Shown here piece by piece: positions 31,188 through 51,345 of a stretch of 64,000 bases of DNA. The first letter of the stretch is position 1, and every line of letters starts with the position of its first letter. The notes beneath the pieces were generated by a model. The model saw nothing but the letters and a program-made list of their open reading frames with translations. It was not told the DNA's origin and made no database searches. The position numbers and the translations under genes were made by a program. Source of the stretch: the human T2T-CHM13v2.0 reference genome, Homo sapiens; NCBI RefSeq assembly GCF_009914755.1, contig NC_060935.1; one strand, 5' to 3'.

Positions 31188-31486
<299 letters not shown>

Positions 31487-31563
31487 CTACTAAATTTTCT
31501 AAATTGCACTGAGTAGGAAGCCCAGAAACCAAAATTTGCATGCAAAAATTTTTGACACTGTGA

Positions 31564-31875
<312 letters not shown>

Positions 31876-31956
31876 ACATTTTGACCTAAAAAAAATTTTT
31901 TATATGTAGGTAAGATATACACCAGGTAAAAACTTCAGAAACAGTTTAAAAATATA

Positions 31957-32127
31957 TAAATGATCCCCAATATATGGTGGTTCAACTTACAATCTTTTGA
32001 CTTTACCATGGTGCAAAACCAATATTCCTTCAGTAGAAAGCATACGTTGAGTCCCCATACAGCATTCTGTTTTTCAGTTTCGGTACAGTATTCAATAAAT
32101 TACATGAGATATTCAACACTTTATTAT
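31957..32127 (-). mobile_element. Partial MER47A (Tigger MITE)
   Basis: Shares ATTCAATAAATTACATGAGATATTCAACACTTTATTAT with the full copy at 52700-53063. Confidence 0.85.
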
Positions 32128-32131
32128 TTTA

Positions 32132-32374
<243 letters not shown>

Positions 32375-32736
32375 CTAAAGTACATATATATACTTTAATC
32401 TTGTCAAGCTGGTAAATCTCATTTGGATTTCAAGTATTACTGAGGTTTTAATATAAAATTAAAAATAAATTATTCATTTTCTTAAAATATATAAGGAATA
32501 AGTAAACTGAATTGTGTTACTTATGTCTTTTTTATAGTAGATTATATTTCCTGCCTTGGATACCATGCAGTGCCTTTTGTTCCCTCCCTACTAAGTGTAC
32601 AGAAGACAGGATACATCCAATCAAAGTTCTCTTTCTATATCAGCTCACAAAAAGGTTCACTCCAATCCATTTATTTGATTTTATCCTGCTATGTTGTTTG
32701 GGGTTTTGTTCCAGATAGCAAGCTGTCTAATACTCA

Positions 32737-33061
<325 letters not shown>

Positions 33062-33112
33062 GTAATAAGGCAGCTTGACTGCTGATGCTGGGCAGGCTGG
33101 ATCTGAGAGTAA

Positions 33113-33551
<439 letters not shown>

Positions 33552-33564
33552 TTTTTTTTTTTTT

Positions 33565-33665
33565 AAACACTAGTCAAATGAAGCAGTGGGAGCAGAGAAG
33601 GAACAAAGAAATCTGTAACTGGTTGTCATCAATTAGTTGTAAACATCACTGCACTTGAACCAGCC
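33565..33665 (-). pseudogene. Y RNA (hY3/RNY3-derived) processed pseudogene
   Basis: Minus strand GGCTGGTTCAAGTGCAGTGATGTTTACAACTAATTGATGACAACCAGTTACAGATTTCTTTGTTCCTTCTCTGCTCCCACTGCTTCATTTGACTAG matches full-length Y3 at about 91% by eye; A13 tail; outer TSD TGAAGATA. Confidence 0.95.
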
Positions 33666-33949
33666 TGAAGATAATTTTTTATTGGAAGAAATTAAAGTCT
33701 AAAAATTTACTCATTTGAAACACTAGTTACCAATCTTTGTTCTAATGGTATCAGTCTTAGATTTAATGAATTATCTCCAGATAAAATAATGATCTATATT
33801 TGTCACTGAATTCACTGAATTTTACCCAACATGCATCCCTGAAACCAGACTTGTGAAATTTAATATCATTTTGTCATTCTCCATCTTACTGGCAAAACAG
33901 AAATCCATAGTTCCCCCCCAAAAAAATCACGATTGTATCTGTAGCTCCT

Positions 33950-34340
33950 TATTCATTTGTTTATTCATTCAATAAGCATTTATTAAACATCACAAAACTG
34001 TTTTTGACACTGGGGGGAATAAAAGTAATAAGTTGTGTAAGCAAATTTAAAATCTAGTGATAAAGGCATTAATAAACAACTACTCAAAAATAATAGCATA
34101 CAAGAGATAAAGAGGAGGAAATATGGGGATTTGCAGAACTAGTAGAGATTCTTACTAGAATTTAGAGAAAGAGGGTTGGAACTGAACCTTCAATGATTGT
34201 CAGAATTTCTATTTCAGTCATTAGAAAAGAAGGGGAGAAAATTTTAAGCCAAAGGAATTGCCTAAGCCATGAAAATGAGAAACCAGCTGTAAGAACAGTG
34301 ACTGGTCCTCATTTGACTGAAGTAGGAAGTTAAAAAGGTA
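33950..34340 (-). mobile_element. L2 relic
   Basis: ATTCATTTGTTTATTCATTCAATAAGCATTTATTAAAC terminus. Confidence 0.65.
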
Positions 34341-34345
34341 AATTA

Positions 34346-35200
<855 letters not shown>

Positions 35201-35234
35201 TTTTAAAAAGGTAGACTCACTAATGCTCACTGTT

Positions 35235-35584
35235 ATACTTCCCAGTCCACAGAAGTCTACCGTTCCAGTCACTGTGCAGTTAGGCAGGGCCATGTGACTG
35301 TCCAACCCTTGTCTAGCCAACAGGCTGTGAGCAGAAGTGACACATGTCACTTCCAGGCCAAAGCATTGAAGAAGGGGTAAGAGATGTCCATGCCTCTCTT
35401 CTCTGCCACATAAACCCAAAGCCATGTGAGACTGTAGCGGACCGGATCCCTGAATAAACCAATACCTCCCTACTGATCCATGCTGGCCATGCTGGATATG
35501 TATGAAATATCCTCATTGTCTTAAGCCACTGAAATGTGAGAAGCTGTTATTGCAGCATAAGCTTAGCTCCTCCTGACTGATACA
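35235..35584 (+). mobile_element. MLT1 (MLT1I/J-like) solo LTR
   Basis: GAGCAGAAGTGACACATGTCACTTCCAGGCCAAAGCATT...TTAAGCCACTGA...TCCTGACTGATACA. Confidence 0.8.
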
Positions 35585-35717
35585 GGATCAGATCTAGGAA
35601 GGATATGAAGGCAATATGAAGGAATTTGAATTTGATTCTGAAGGATGTGGAGAGACAATATTTTTGAGAAGAGTGACATGATGTGCATTTGAGGAAAATA
35701 ACTCTAGAAACAAAAGT

Positions 35718-35950
35718 AGCTCTTAACCTTTGGTGCATGTCAAAAATCACCCAAAGAGAACTGTAGTCATCTTCCAATTCCTTTATAAATTCTTTAAAGA
35801 ATAAAATATTTGTCCTCTGGAGAAAAAAAAATCACCCGAGAAGCTTTTCAAAATGCAATGCTCTGGTCCAAGACATCTCCAGATATCCTGAATCAGAGTC
35901 TCTATGCTAGGTACATATGATTGAAAAAAAAATTATGGGAAATTCTAGAC
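35718..35950 (+). mobile_element. MER5-like hAT MITE relic, interrupted by a short retro-insertion
   Basis: CTCTTAACCTTTGGTGCATGTCAAAAATCACCC...TGAATCAGAGTCTCT. Confidence 0.6.
35753..35826 (+). pseudogene. Tiny processed retrocopy of an RNA 3' end
   Basis: AATAAA at 35800-35805, A tract from 35823, TSD AAAAATCACCC at 35742-35752 and 35827-35837. Confidence 0.65.
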
Positions 35951-36489
35951 TAGAGGTTAGAGGCAAGGAGGAGATACCAACTTCAGTCAGAGATGACCAA
36001 ATTCACATGCTTAGTGAATTCAAATAAGCATTCTAATAAAATAATGGAACGATAAATGCTTAGGGAGTTTCGATTGAAATAGTAAGTTATGAAAAGGTTA
36101 GTCACATTAACATTTGTACAGTCAGAGTTATTACTTTGAACATTTAGGTACCAATAGAATGGTGGTGGTAGTTTTCATGCATCTACTCTATTGCTAACTA
36201 AGCAGCAGCCTACCCCAACATTTCCATTATGCTGGGGAACATGGTTGACATACCACAGACAAAGGACAGAGCCATCTTCAGTCTCCTAGAAGGTCAAACT
36301 CTTACATCTCCTTTCCTTCTTTGCTTCCTTTTTCCTTTTCTTTTAGGATAATTGGCATTCTATGCTCTTCTTAATTCCTTCCTCCTAGGTACTCATCAGT
36401 CAACTTTCAACTAATCAAGACTTGAAGAGCCAAAATATTTAAGAGCTCAAAAAGCCTAGGTTACAGATGCACTGGAAGCTGTCACTTTG

Positions 36490-36492
<3 letters not shown>

Positions 36493-36537
<45 letters not shown>
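36493..36537. repeat. (TG)22 microsatellite
   Basis: Perfect dinucleotide run. Confidence 0.98.
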
Positions 36538-36539
<2 letters not shown>

Positions 36540-36760
36540 TTTTTACTACCAAATGTGATTTATTATATGTAATTGCTAAGAGCCTCAGCTTTCCAGAATA
36601 GAGATTTCAATACTGTGAAGAAATAAATCATTTTCTGACAATAATTCAGTTTGTGTTGCAAAATGCATCTTCAGAGCATCTCAAGATAAAGTGATCTCCA
36701 ATAAACAGCACTAAAGCTGCCTGACAGAAAAACTATCTTCATTTCTAAAATTGACAAGCC

Positions 36761-36868
36761 TTGAAGCAGGAGGATAGCTTGAAGCTAGGAGTTCGAGGTC
36801 ACAGTGGCTATGGTCACGCGTGTCATCTCCTAGAGGTAGCAAGACTTCGTCTCTAAAAAATAATAAAT
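36761..36868 (+). mobile_element. FAM (fossil Alu monomer), truncated
   Basis: GGAGTTCGAGGTCACAGTGGCTATGGTCACGCGTGT is FAM-like; TSD TAAAA(T/C)TGACA(A/G)GC. Confidence 0.7.
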
Positions 36869-37169
36869 AAAACTGACAGGCTTCACTACAAACCTCCTCC
36901 TAATACTGAATACTGCTCAACAATCCTTTTATTCCTAGTGATTTCGATCCTCTTCTTGTTCCCCACAGCAACTGTCCCAAGCCTGTCTCTTCCCAAAACT
37001 TCCAACTACTCACTCTCAGGAGGTAACCTTGCCTTCACCACTGAGAAAGGAGAAATGTAAATTCCCTCAACTTTCCCTTACCATGTCCAAATGTATCTTC
37101 ATTCCCCCATCTCCTGTCTCAGAAGCATGCTTACTCTACTTATTTTGAAGAACGACCCTTACCCATGTT

Positions 37170-38030
37170 GAATCTCCTGTTTCCTTCATCTCATGTCTTC
37201 CTGTTTCCTGTTCTTCCCCTTCATTTTTGTGAGTATCTCCTCCAGTGGTTTTCTGTGAAAGGCTGCAGAGGAGGTAAATTTTTTTTTACCAGCTGGGAAA
37301 TATAATGTATATATTTTTATGTCTTTGGAAGCTTGTAGGATATTTTCCTGAAAATTCATAGTGATGTGCCTTAGTATGGGTACTTTTTCAAACATCGTTC
37401 TAAGGCACTTGTGGGCCTTTTTAATCTGGAGGCTCATGTTCTATAGTTCCAGTAAATGTTCCTGTACTGTTCCTTTAATAATTTCATCCCATATATTTTC
37501 TCAAATTTCTCTTTCTACAACTCCTGTGACTTCTATGTTGGACCTCTTTGGTTGATCTCCTAATTGTCCATCTTACTGTCTTTTTGTTCTACTGTATGGG
37601 AAATTTTGTAAATTTTTTCTTCTGATTCTTCTATCAATTTTTAAAATTTCAACTATGATTTTTTAATTTCCAAATGCTCTGTCTTGTTCTTTTTGTTTGT
37701 TTGTTTTTGAGACAGTCTCACTCTGTCACCCAGGCTGGAGTGTAGTGGCATGATCTCGGCCCACTGCAACCTCTGCCTCCTGGGTTCAAGTGATTCTTGT
37801 GCCTCAGCCTCCTGAGTAGCTGGGATTAACAAGCGCCTGCCATCACAGTTGGCTGGCTACTTTTTGTATTTTTAGTAGAGACAGGATTTCACCACGTTGG
37901 CCAGGCTGGTCTTGCACTTCTGACCTCAAGTGACCGATCCACCCACCTCAGCCTCCCAAAGCGCTGGGATTACAGGCGTGAGCCAGCATGCCCGGCCAGT
38001 CTTGTTCTTGTTGTTCCTTTTCTCTAGAGC
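37170..38030 (-). mobile_element. Old L1 ORF1 relic, split by an Alu
   Basis: Minus ORF 37186-37437 (SLQIKKAH...LRHI...ENILQAS) resembles L1 ORF1p. Confidence 0.7.
37692..37997 (-). mobile_element. AluS-type SINE
   Basis: TSD GTCTTGTTCTT at 37681-37691 and 37999-38009. Confidence 0.95.
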
Positions 38031-38034
38031 ATCT

Positions 38035-38700
38035 TGAGCTTCTTACTTAACTTCTCTATTCTCTTAATATCTCTATCAACTCCTGTCTCTATGACCACTC
38101 TTTTTCACTGGCCTTCATTTACTATCTCCTTCTCTGTATACTCTTTAATTGGATTTTTTTTTCTTGGCTCTCTTCTACACAGCCCATCCTGGACATCTTA
38201 TCTACTTGCATGGTTTCAATTCAATTTAGCTGATATTGCCAAACTATTATCTCTAGCTCCGACTTCTCTCTTTTAATTTCTAGACCTGAACTTCCAACTA
38301 CCTTGTGGATATCTGCACCTAGATGTTCCAGACACCTCAAACTTTACATTACATTGCTGGCTTCTGGCATCCTATGCTCCAATCTCATAAACAACTTGTT
38401 ATTTCCCAGAAAATATTATGAAAGGTAACATCTCTGATAGGCCCAACTCAAATGTCACCTTTTTAATAAAGCCTTCTCCGACTTCTTCCTACTCCTTGGG
38501 AGAATGGATTACTCTCTCCCTTGGCACCCAAGGCTCACTTCATAGCCCATAACCATTGTTCATAAGTATTGCTCACCATGAGCCAATCTGCTGACTGCCA
38601 GATTGTGAGCCTCTTGAAAGCATGGGTTATTTATCTATCAGTATAAGTTCCATCTTTAACCTCTAGCAAATGGCTGTTACTCAATAAATAGCTGTTGAAT
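38035..38700 (+). mobile_element. L2 relic
   Basis: CTCAAATGTCACCT...GATTGTGAGCCTCTTGAAAGCA...CTCAATAAATAGCTGTTGAAT. Confidence 0.75.
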
Positions 38701-38858
38701 TACAATAATTTCAGGTGAACATACAGTATAAATATTTGACTATGTAATAATTAATTAATCATAGAATGTAACCAGAAACCTAACCCACTAGAAAAATATT
38801 ATGTAAGTTTCAAAATGCATCTATGGTTATTTTTAATTTTAAAAGATTATCATTTTTT

Positions 38859-39153
<295 letters not shown>

Positions 39154-40406
39154 ATTTTTAAATATTATTTTTAAAATAAACATTCCCAAGCTTATACAAA
39201 GGCGCATTCTTCATAGTAACTTGCACAGAGTTACTTGCACAGAATTCAAAAAGCTAATTCAGTTTTAAATCATCTGCTCACCCAGATGGGTACCTGAACA
39301 GCTCTTAGAATACAGAACACATTTTGTTGTTGTTTTCATTTGGGATAACTACAAATAAAACCAAAGAAAAGGCAAAAAGAGATCTCTTTAGAATATATGA
39401 CCCATATAAAAATATTAATAGTGGTTAGCCAACAAGCATTCTGATAAATTTCTTTTCCAAAAATGTCAAGTGATTAAAGAGTGAAGAAAAGAAAGACACT
39501 TCTGAACTCTTAACTAGAGCACTGCTACTAAGGGCATTATGAAGCTGAATGAAGAATGTTCATTCCTATGCAGGGATTAAGTGTCATTAGGGGCTTTTTG
39601 TTTTCTTTAGTTTGGTTTGATTTTCTTTTTCAAACTAAGCCCTAATGCCAAATCTTACATTTTCTTTTTCTTTTTCTTGTTGAACTGATGCTATGTTAAG
39701 ATATAAGCACAAACATCTCATAAGTGTTTTAAAACCATCCAATTGTTTGAGAAGGCATACGTGCTGGGCCTATGAAGCCAAAACATTAGAGCTAGGAAAT
39801 TTGATGAAGATAATAATTGCTTACAGACCAGCTTGTTTTAACTTGCTGAACAAAGAATACAATTTTATACCACATTTTCATCAGAAGCTTTTTCTCTACA
39901 TAATCACTACTGTAATGAGCACTTTAAAAAGGGAGATTATCTACAGGTTAAGGAGTAAGGAAGTTATCAATTAGATACCATCGTCTTCAAAATTTCACTT
40001 ACTCAAACTTTAGATTAATAGAAAAACATTTTTGGCTGACTTAAGCGATGTTTTGAATCTTTACAAACCATTTGTTTAGTGTGCACAGCATGAAATCTAG
40101 AAATGAAGACACCCCATTCTTTCCAGTACTGCCCTCAATGGTTCTATAGCCTTGGCTAGGTCAGTAATTTCTTTGTATCTTAGTTGACTTCTTAGATTTT
40201 CCTCTATAGAGATACAGTTCCATCTCTCTCACATCTTCAAAATGCATTCAGGCTCTATGCCTGTGTCAGAAGTTGCTCTCTCACTCCTTTCATTCAGTTA
40301 CTTTGATCACTTGAAGACCCTCTAATTCACGATTCAACCAACATTTATTAAGGGCTTTCTCCATGACAGGCAATTCAGTGAAGGTGGGGATGGGGTCAGT
40401 CCCTAA

Positions 40407-40640
<234 letters not shown>

Positions 40641-42057
40641 ATTTAGATTTCCTATTCTTTATTTCCTCTAGTATATTCAGCTGGAAATTCTAAGAATTAA
40701 GTTGTGGTAGGTTTACAGGATTGGGTTAAGGCAGTCATTCAGTGATCGATGGTTACAGGACCAGGCAGCCTAGGAGTTAATATGGTTTCAAAACAGAGAT
40801 AAGTCACAGAATGGAGCAAAGTCACCAATTTCACAAGATGAAGATAACTCTTCATGCATGGTACCAATGATGACCCTTGGTTTGCTGAATCCTTTGGCTT
40901 TATTACTCCACCCTTTAAGGCAGAACTCTCTAGACCTACTCTGCAAGCTATGTTGACTTCTGATTCTCTTAAACAGGGAGCCATTCATCTCAGCCCATAA
41001 GTCTTCAATATCAGTGTGTTAAAGCCAGAGTCATGTCTTCCAACTAAGTCTGAAACCTTGTAAAGAGAGGAAAGGAAGATGGGAAGAGATCTATGTTGTC
41101 CAGAAGTACTAAGGGGCCATTTTCTAACGGCAGAACTTAACTTTGAGACTCCCAACTCTGGATATTTGCTCATTCTTCCCCATCTACCAATCCCATTGGT
41201 ACCTGTGTGACAACCTCCTCCGCTTTGTCTCTGACCTGTTGCTTGCCATGATCCTTGCCATTCAGAGGCCATTTGGCTCTGATCCATGGCCTTGTTGTAA
41301 TCTTGGGTCACAGATATGCTACCAATCTGAAATGCTTATCTGGTTCCTGACCCCAGGCCTAGGCCTGATCACAAACTAAATTATTCTCTTGCCACCTGTC
41401 CCATGCCATGCATATCAGTCTCATCACAGTTTCTTATCCTGCTTCCCCACCCACGGCTGCCTATAGTTCTAGTGCTGGCTAAAATTATAGAATCTTTTTT
41501 AATTCATTCTGGAAGGACAAAGTAATTAAGAGATGATTAGTTTATGTGACAACAATATGCAGAAAGGATATAAATTTGCTCACAATTAACTGTAGTATGT
41601 GCATTGTTATTATATCTTTCCACACCTCAAGCTTTCAATCTCTAAATTAATACATTTGCCACCACATTCTCTCAAAGATATATTTATGCATACTTAATTA
41701 ACATGTACTCTGGGAGTGCAATAAAGCTATAATACATTCCTGCATTTCTAACTACATAATGAGTATTTAAAACATTTAGAAACAAATTGGCTCCCAATAA
41801 GGAATAAAAATGTTGAGTAACTTATTTTTCAAATATAATGTCTATGCCACTTAACTGAATATTTCTGAAATGTTATATAAAAAGAAAAATATTATAATTG
41901 AATCAAGAAAAGCATACCATTCTGAAGAAATTCAGTGGTGGGTTCTTTTTCATAGTAAAGAAGGATTTTGGAAATGGTGACAACTATCCCATAATTAATA
42001 AGTTTTGTATGTTCAGCTATAATTACATTGAATTTTCTGAAAGAGAGACTAATGTGA

Positions 42058-42414
<357 letters not shown>

Positions 42415-42869
42415 TAGGTTAACTTGCTTTAAGGCTTTGCCTTTTCTACTAGTGAAGCACTAAAACATATCCTTTTTAATTTAAAGACACAAAGATTTTC
42501 ATTGCTCTTACATGAAGAGCATTCTAAAGTGTTAGAATAAAGTATACTTCTAAAATGTAAAAAAGTTAAAGGAGATTCCTCACCTCAATTCTTAGGAGAT
42601 GCTGTATCTGGAAAGGGTAAACAGAAGCAAACAGTTTCCTGAAATTGTGCCAAGGCTACATGTCAACTGCCTGGCAGGAAATGCTTTGGAGAACCTAGAT
42701 AAACAGACTATCATCTTTCTCTGGCTTTTTATAAAGCAAATGTACTGAGTTAAACTAGCATCATAGACACAACAAGCAGAAAAGGGCACCGAGAAATTTT
42801 AGATGATAGTACCTGTAGGATTTATGACAATTAAATCAGTGGTCTGTCCGTCACTTTTAACATACATGA

Positions 42870-43281
<412 letters not shown>

Positions 43282-46200
43282 TGTGAAGATTTATCTTACA
43301 ATAAATTTTCATTTTGCAGCAGCTCTTAATATTTTGGCATTATAGAATGATAAAGCTTTCTTACATTTATATAGCAAATAATTTTTCAAAATATTTTGCA
43401 TTATCTTCATTTTTTTCTAACATCTCATTTCACAAGTGCTAGCAATAATGCTTAGGCAGGTTAAACAATTTGGTTGTAGTCAAAGATTAAGTTAGTCAGA
43501 GAACCAGGTTTAGAATCAATTTGCCTGAAACATTTGCTAGTATTTTCCCTCTCTCCCCACTGTATAACAGAAAATGGATTTGAAAATCCCTCTACTATCT
43601 TTACTAAAATAATCCTCCTACCTCACCTTATTTTACTTTACTTAACTGCAAAAAGGATGATAATATATGTGTTAACTGATAATATCTACTGTCAACCAAA
43701 TAAATCTGTCTTGCATAAAGTCTACTCAGCCCTTCCATACCTTTTCTCTCTCCACCAGCCACATGTTCTATTCAGCTCCAATCCTAACCACACATCTTCT
43801 CTTTCTTCTTTCTCATACTAGAAGGATCCTCTGCCCCACATACCTTATGCCCAGTCTTGCCTGGTCACAAAGGGGAGCAAAACTTCCCTAATCAAAGGAA
43901 TAAAGTAATATAAAAGGTGACATACCTCTCTACCTGCTATAATATCCTTTAGCCAAGGCACCTCAGATAACAATTTGAGCCACCTCAACCCTGAGGTCCC
44001 TCCCCATGATCCACAACCACCATCTGTGACTTCCAGTATACACCCAATCTGCCCCTCCCTCCCAAATGGAACATCTTAGCCTTCGTTACTACTGGGGATG
44101 GGGAGAAAAAAATAAACTTTGTGTGGAGGCCAGTTATGTTCTCTGCACAAAATGTGGAGAAGGAGACAGCATTCTGGTGGAGTAGGAAGCTGCTGGAATG
44201 TCTCTCCCCAGCTAGACAACATTTGCACAGCAGCATCTGTCTGATGTAATTATTTTGGAACTCTAGAGTCTATTGAAGGTTTGTGACTTCCAGGAAAAGG
44301 CTTGGACCTAAATTGTGGTTAATTTTGGTCAATTTCAGCTCTTAGTGTAGTGGACGCTACCCATGACCACCCCCATGGCAGGCAGCTGTACACATTTCCT
44401 GAAACAGCTTGCTGGAGCCAGGATGGGCAAAAAGGATCTTGTCCTTCAAATGTCAGTGATCTGTGCTCTGTCTGCTGATTGCTGCTTCTGATCATAGATG
44501 TGCAGAGAAAGAGGCTGGTGGCCATTGTTGCAAGAATGAACTTGGACCCTTACCTAACGCCTATACAAAAATTAACTCAAAATGAATCAAAGACTTAAAT
44601 GCAAGACCTAAAACAATAAAATTCTTAGAAGAAAACATAAGGCCAAAGCTTCAAAACGTTGAATTGGCAATCATTTCTGGGATATGACACAAAGGCACAG
44701 GCAGCAAAAGAAAAAATTGATATATTGCACTGCATTAAAATTAAAAATTTGGGGGCACCAAAGGAAACTGTCAACAGAGTAAAAATGCAACCCACAGAAT
44801 GAGAGATATTTCCAAATCATATATCTGATAAGGGATTAACATCCAGAATATGTAGAGAACTCCTAAAACTCGACAACAAAAAACAACATAATTCGAAAAT
44901 GGGCAGAGAACTTGAATAGACATTTCTCAAAATAAGATACAAAAACAGCCAATAACAATATGAAAAGATGCTCAACATCACTAATCATTACGGAAATGCA
45001 AATCAAAGCTACAATGAGATGCCACCTCATACCTATTAGGATGGCTACCATTAAGGAAAACAAAGGCAAAATAAAAGTAACAAATGTTGGTGAGGATATG
45101 GAGAAACTGGAACACTTGTACACTCTTGGTGGGAATATAAAGTGGTATAGTCATTGTGGAAAACAGTATGGTGATTCTGCAAAAAGTTATAAATAGAATT
45201 ACCATATGTTCCAGCAATTCAACCATGGGTATATACCCAAAAAATTGAAACCAGGGTCTCAAAGAGATATTTATAAACCCATGTTCATAGCAGCATTATT
45301 TGCAATAGCTAAAATGTGGAAGCAACAAAAATGTCCATCAATGGATGAATGGATAAGCAAATGTGGTATGTGCATACAACAGAATATTATTCAGCCTTAA
45401 AAAGGATGGACAGGTGGTTCCAAGATGGCCGAATAGGAACAGCTCCAGTCTACAGCTCCCAGCATGAGCGACACAGAAGACGGGTGATTTCTGCATTTCC
45501 AACTGAGGTACCGGGTTCATCTCAATGGGGCTTGTCAGACAGTGGGTGCAGTACAGTGGGTGCAGCCCAATGAACATGAGCCAAAGCAGGGCGAGGCATC
45601 GCCTCACCCGGGAAACGCAAGGGTCAGGGAATTCCCTTTCCTAGCCAAGGGAAGCTGTGACAGACAGCACCTGGAAAATCAGGTCACTCCCACCCTAATA
45701 CTGCACTTTTCCAATGGTCTTAGCAAACGGCACAACAGGAGATTATATCCCGCACATGGCTCGGAGGGTCCCATGTCCATGGAGCCTGGCTCATTGCTAG
45801 CACAGCAGTCTGAGATCAAACTGCAAGGTGGCAGCGAGGCTCAGGGAGGGGCACCTGCCATTGCTGAGGCTTGAGTAGGTAAACAAAGCGGCCAGGAAGC
45901 TCAAACTGGGTGGAGTCCACCGCAGCTCAAGGAGGCCTGCCTGCCTCTGTAGACTCCACCTCTGGGGGCAAGGCATAGCCAAACAAAAGGCAGCAGAAAC
46001 CTCTGCAGACTTAAATGTCCCTGTCTGGCAGCTTTGAAGAGAGTAGTGGTTCTCCAAGCACGGAATTTGAGATCTGACAATGGACAGACTGCCTCCTCAA
46101 GTGGATCCCTGACCCCCGAGTAGCCTAACTGGGAGGCACCCCCCAGTAGGGGTGGACTGACACCTCACACGGCTGGGTACTCCTCTGAGACAAAACTTCC

Positions 46201-46436
46201 AGGGGAACGATCAGGCAGCAACATTTGCTGTTCAGCAATATTCACTGTTCTGCAGCCTCCACTGCTGATACCCAGGCAAACAGGGTCTGGAGTGGACCTC
46301 CAGCAAACTCCAACAGACCTGCAGCTGAGGGTCCTGACTGTTAGAAGGAAAACTAACAAACAGAAAGGACATCCACACCAAAACCCCATATGTACGTCAC
46401 CATCATCAAAGACCAAAGGTAGATAAAACCACAAAG

Positions 46437-47451
46437 ATGGGGAAAAAACAGAGCAGAAAAGCTGAAAATTCTAAAAATCAGAGCACATCTCCCCCTCCAA
46501 AGGAACGAAGCTCCTCGCCAGCAACAGAACAAGCTGGATGGAGAATGACTTTGACAAGTTGAGAGAAGAAGGCTTCAGATGATCAAACTTCTCTGAGCTA
46601 AAGGAGGAAGTTTGAACCCATCGAGAAGAAGCTAAAAACCTTGAAAAAAGATTAGACGAATGGCTAACTAGAATAACCAGTGTAGAGAAGTCCTTAAATG
46701 ACCTGATGGAGCTGAAAACCATGGCATGAGAACTACGTGATGAATGCACAAGCTTCAGTAGCCAATTCAGTCAACTGGAAGAAAGGGTATCAGTGATTGA
46801 AGATCAAATTAATGAAATGAAGTGAGAAGAGAGGTTTAGAGAAAAAAGAGTAAAAAGAAATGAACAAAGCCTTCAAGAAATATAAGACTACATGAAAAGA
46901 CCAAATCTACATCTGAGTGGTGTACCTGAAAGTGACAGGGAGAATGGAACCAAGTTGGAAAACACTCTGCAGGATATTATCCAGGAGAACTTCCCCAACC
47001 TAGCAAGGCAGGCCAACATTCAAATTCAGGAAATACAGAGAACACCACAAAGATACTCCTCGAGAAGAGCAACTCCAAGACACATAATTGTCAGATTCAC
47101 CAAAGTTGAAATGAAGGAAAAAATGTTAAGGGCAGCCAGAAAGAAAGGTCAGGTTACCCTCAAAGTGAAGCCCATCAGACTAACAGTGGATCTCTTGGTA
47201 GAAACTATACAAGCCAGAAAAGAGTGGGGGCCAATATTCAACATTCTTAAAGAAAAGAATTTTCAACCCAGAATTTCATATCCAGCCAACTAAGCTTCAT
47301 AAGTGAAGGAGAAATAAAATTCTTTACAGACAAGCAAATGCTAAGACATTTTGTCACCACCAGGCCTGCCCTACAAGAGCTCCTGAAGGAAGCAATAAAC
47401 ATGGAAAGGAACAACCGGTACCAGCCACTGCAAAAACATGCCAAATTGTAA
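46437..47451 (+). pseudogene. L1 ORF1p, disrupted
   Basis: ATGGGGAAAAAACAGAGC start; several CGA>TGA stops and frameshifts; residual ORF 46892-47293. Confidence 0.92.
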
Positions 47452-47514
47452 AGACCATCAATGCTACGAGGAAACTGCATCAACTAACAGGCAAAATAAC
47501 CAGCTAACATCATA

Positions 47515-51345
<3,831 letters not shown>

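Noticed and set aside
39216-39243. 14-bp tandem duplication GT(A/T)ACTTGCACAGA; similar small duplications near 18562-18587 and 28988-29023
   Set aside because: Two-copy slippage events with no spacer structure; not CRISPR-like or otherwise organised
40700-41430. Possible old ERVL-type LTR (TG...CA bounded, moderately GC-rich) with several short ORFs
   Set aside because: Could not match a family or find a TSD by eye; needs Dfam
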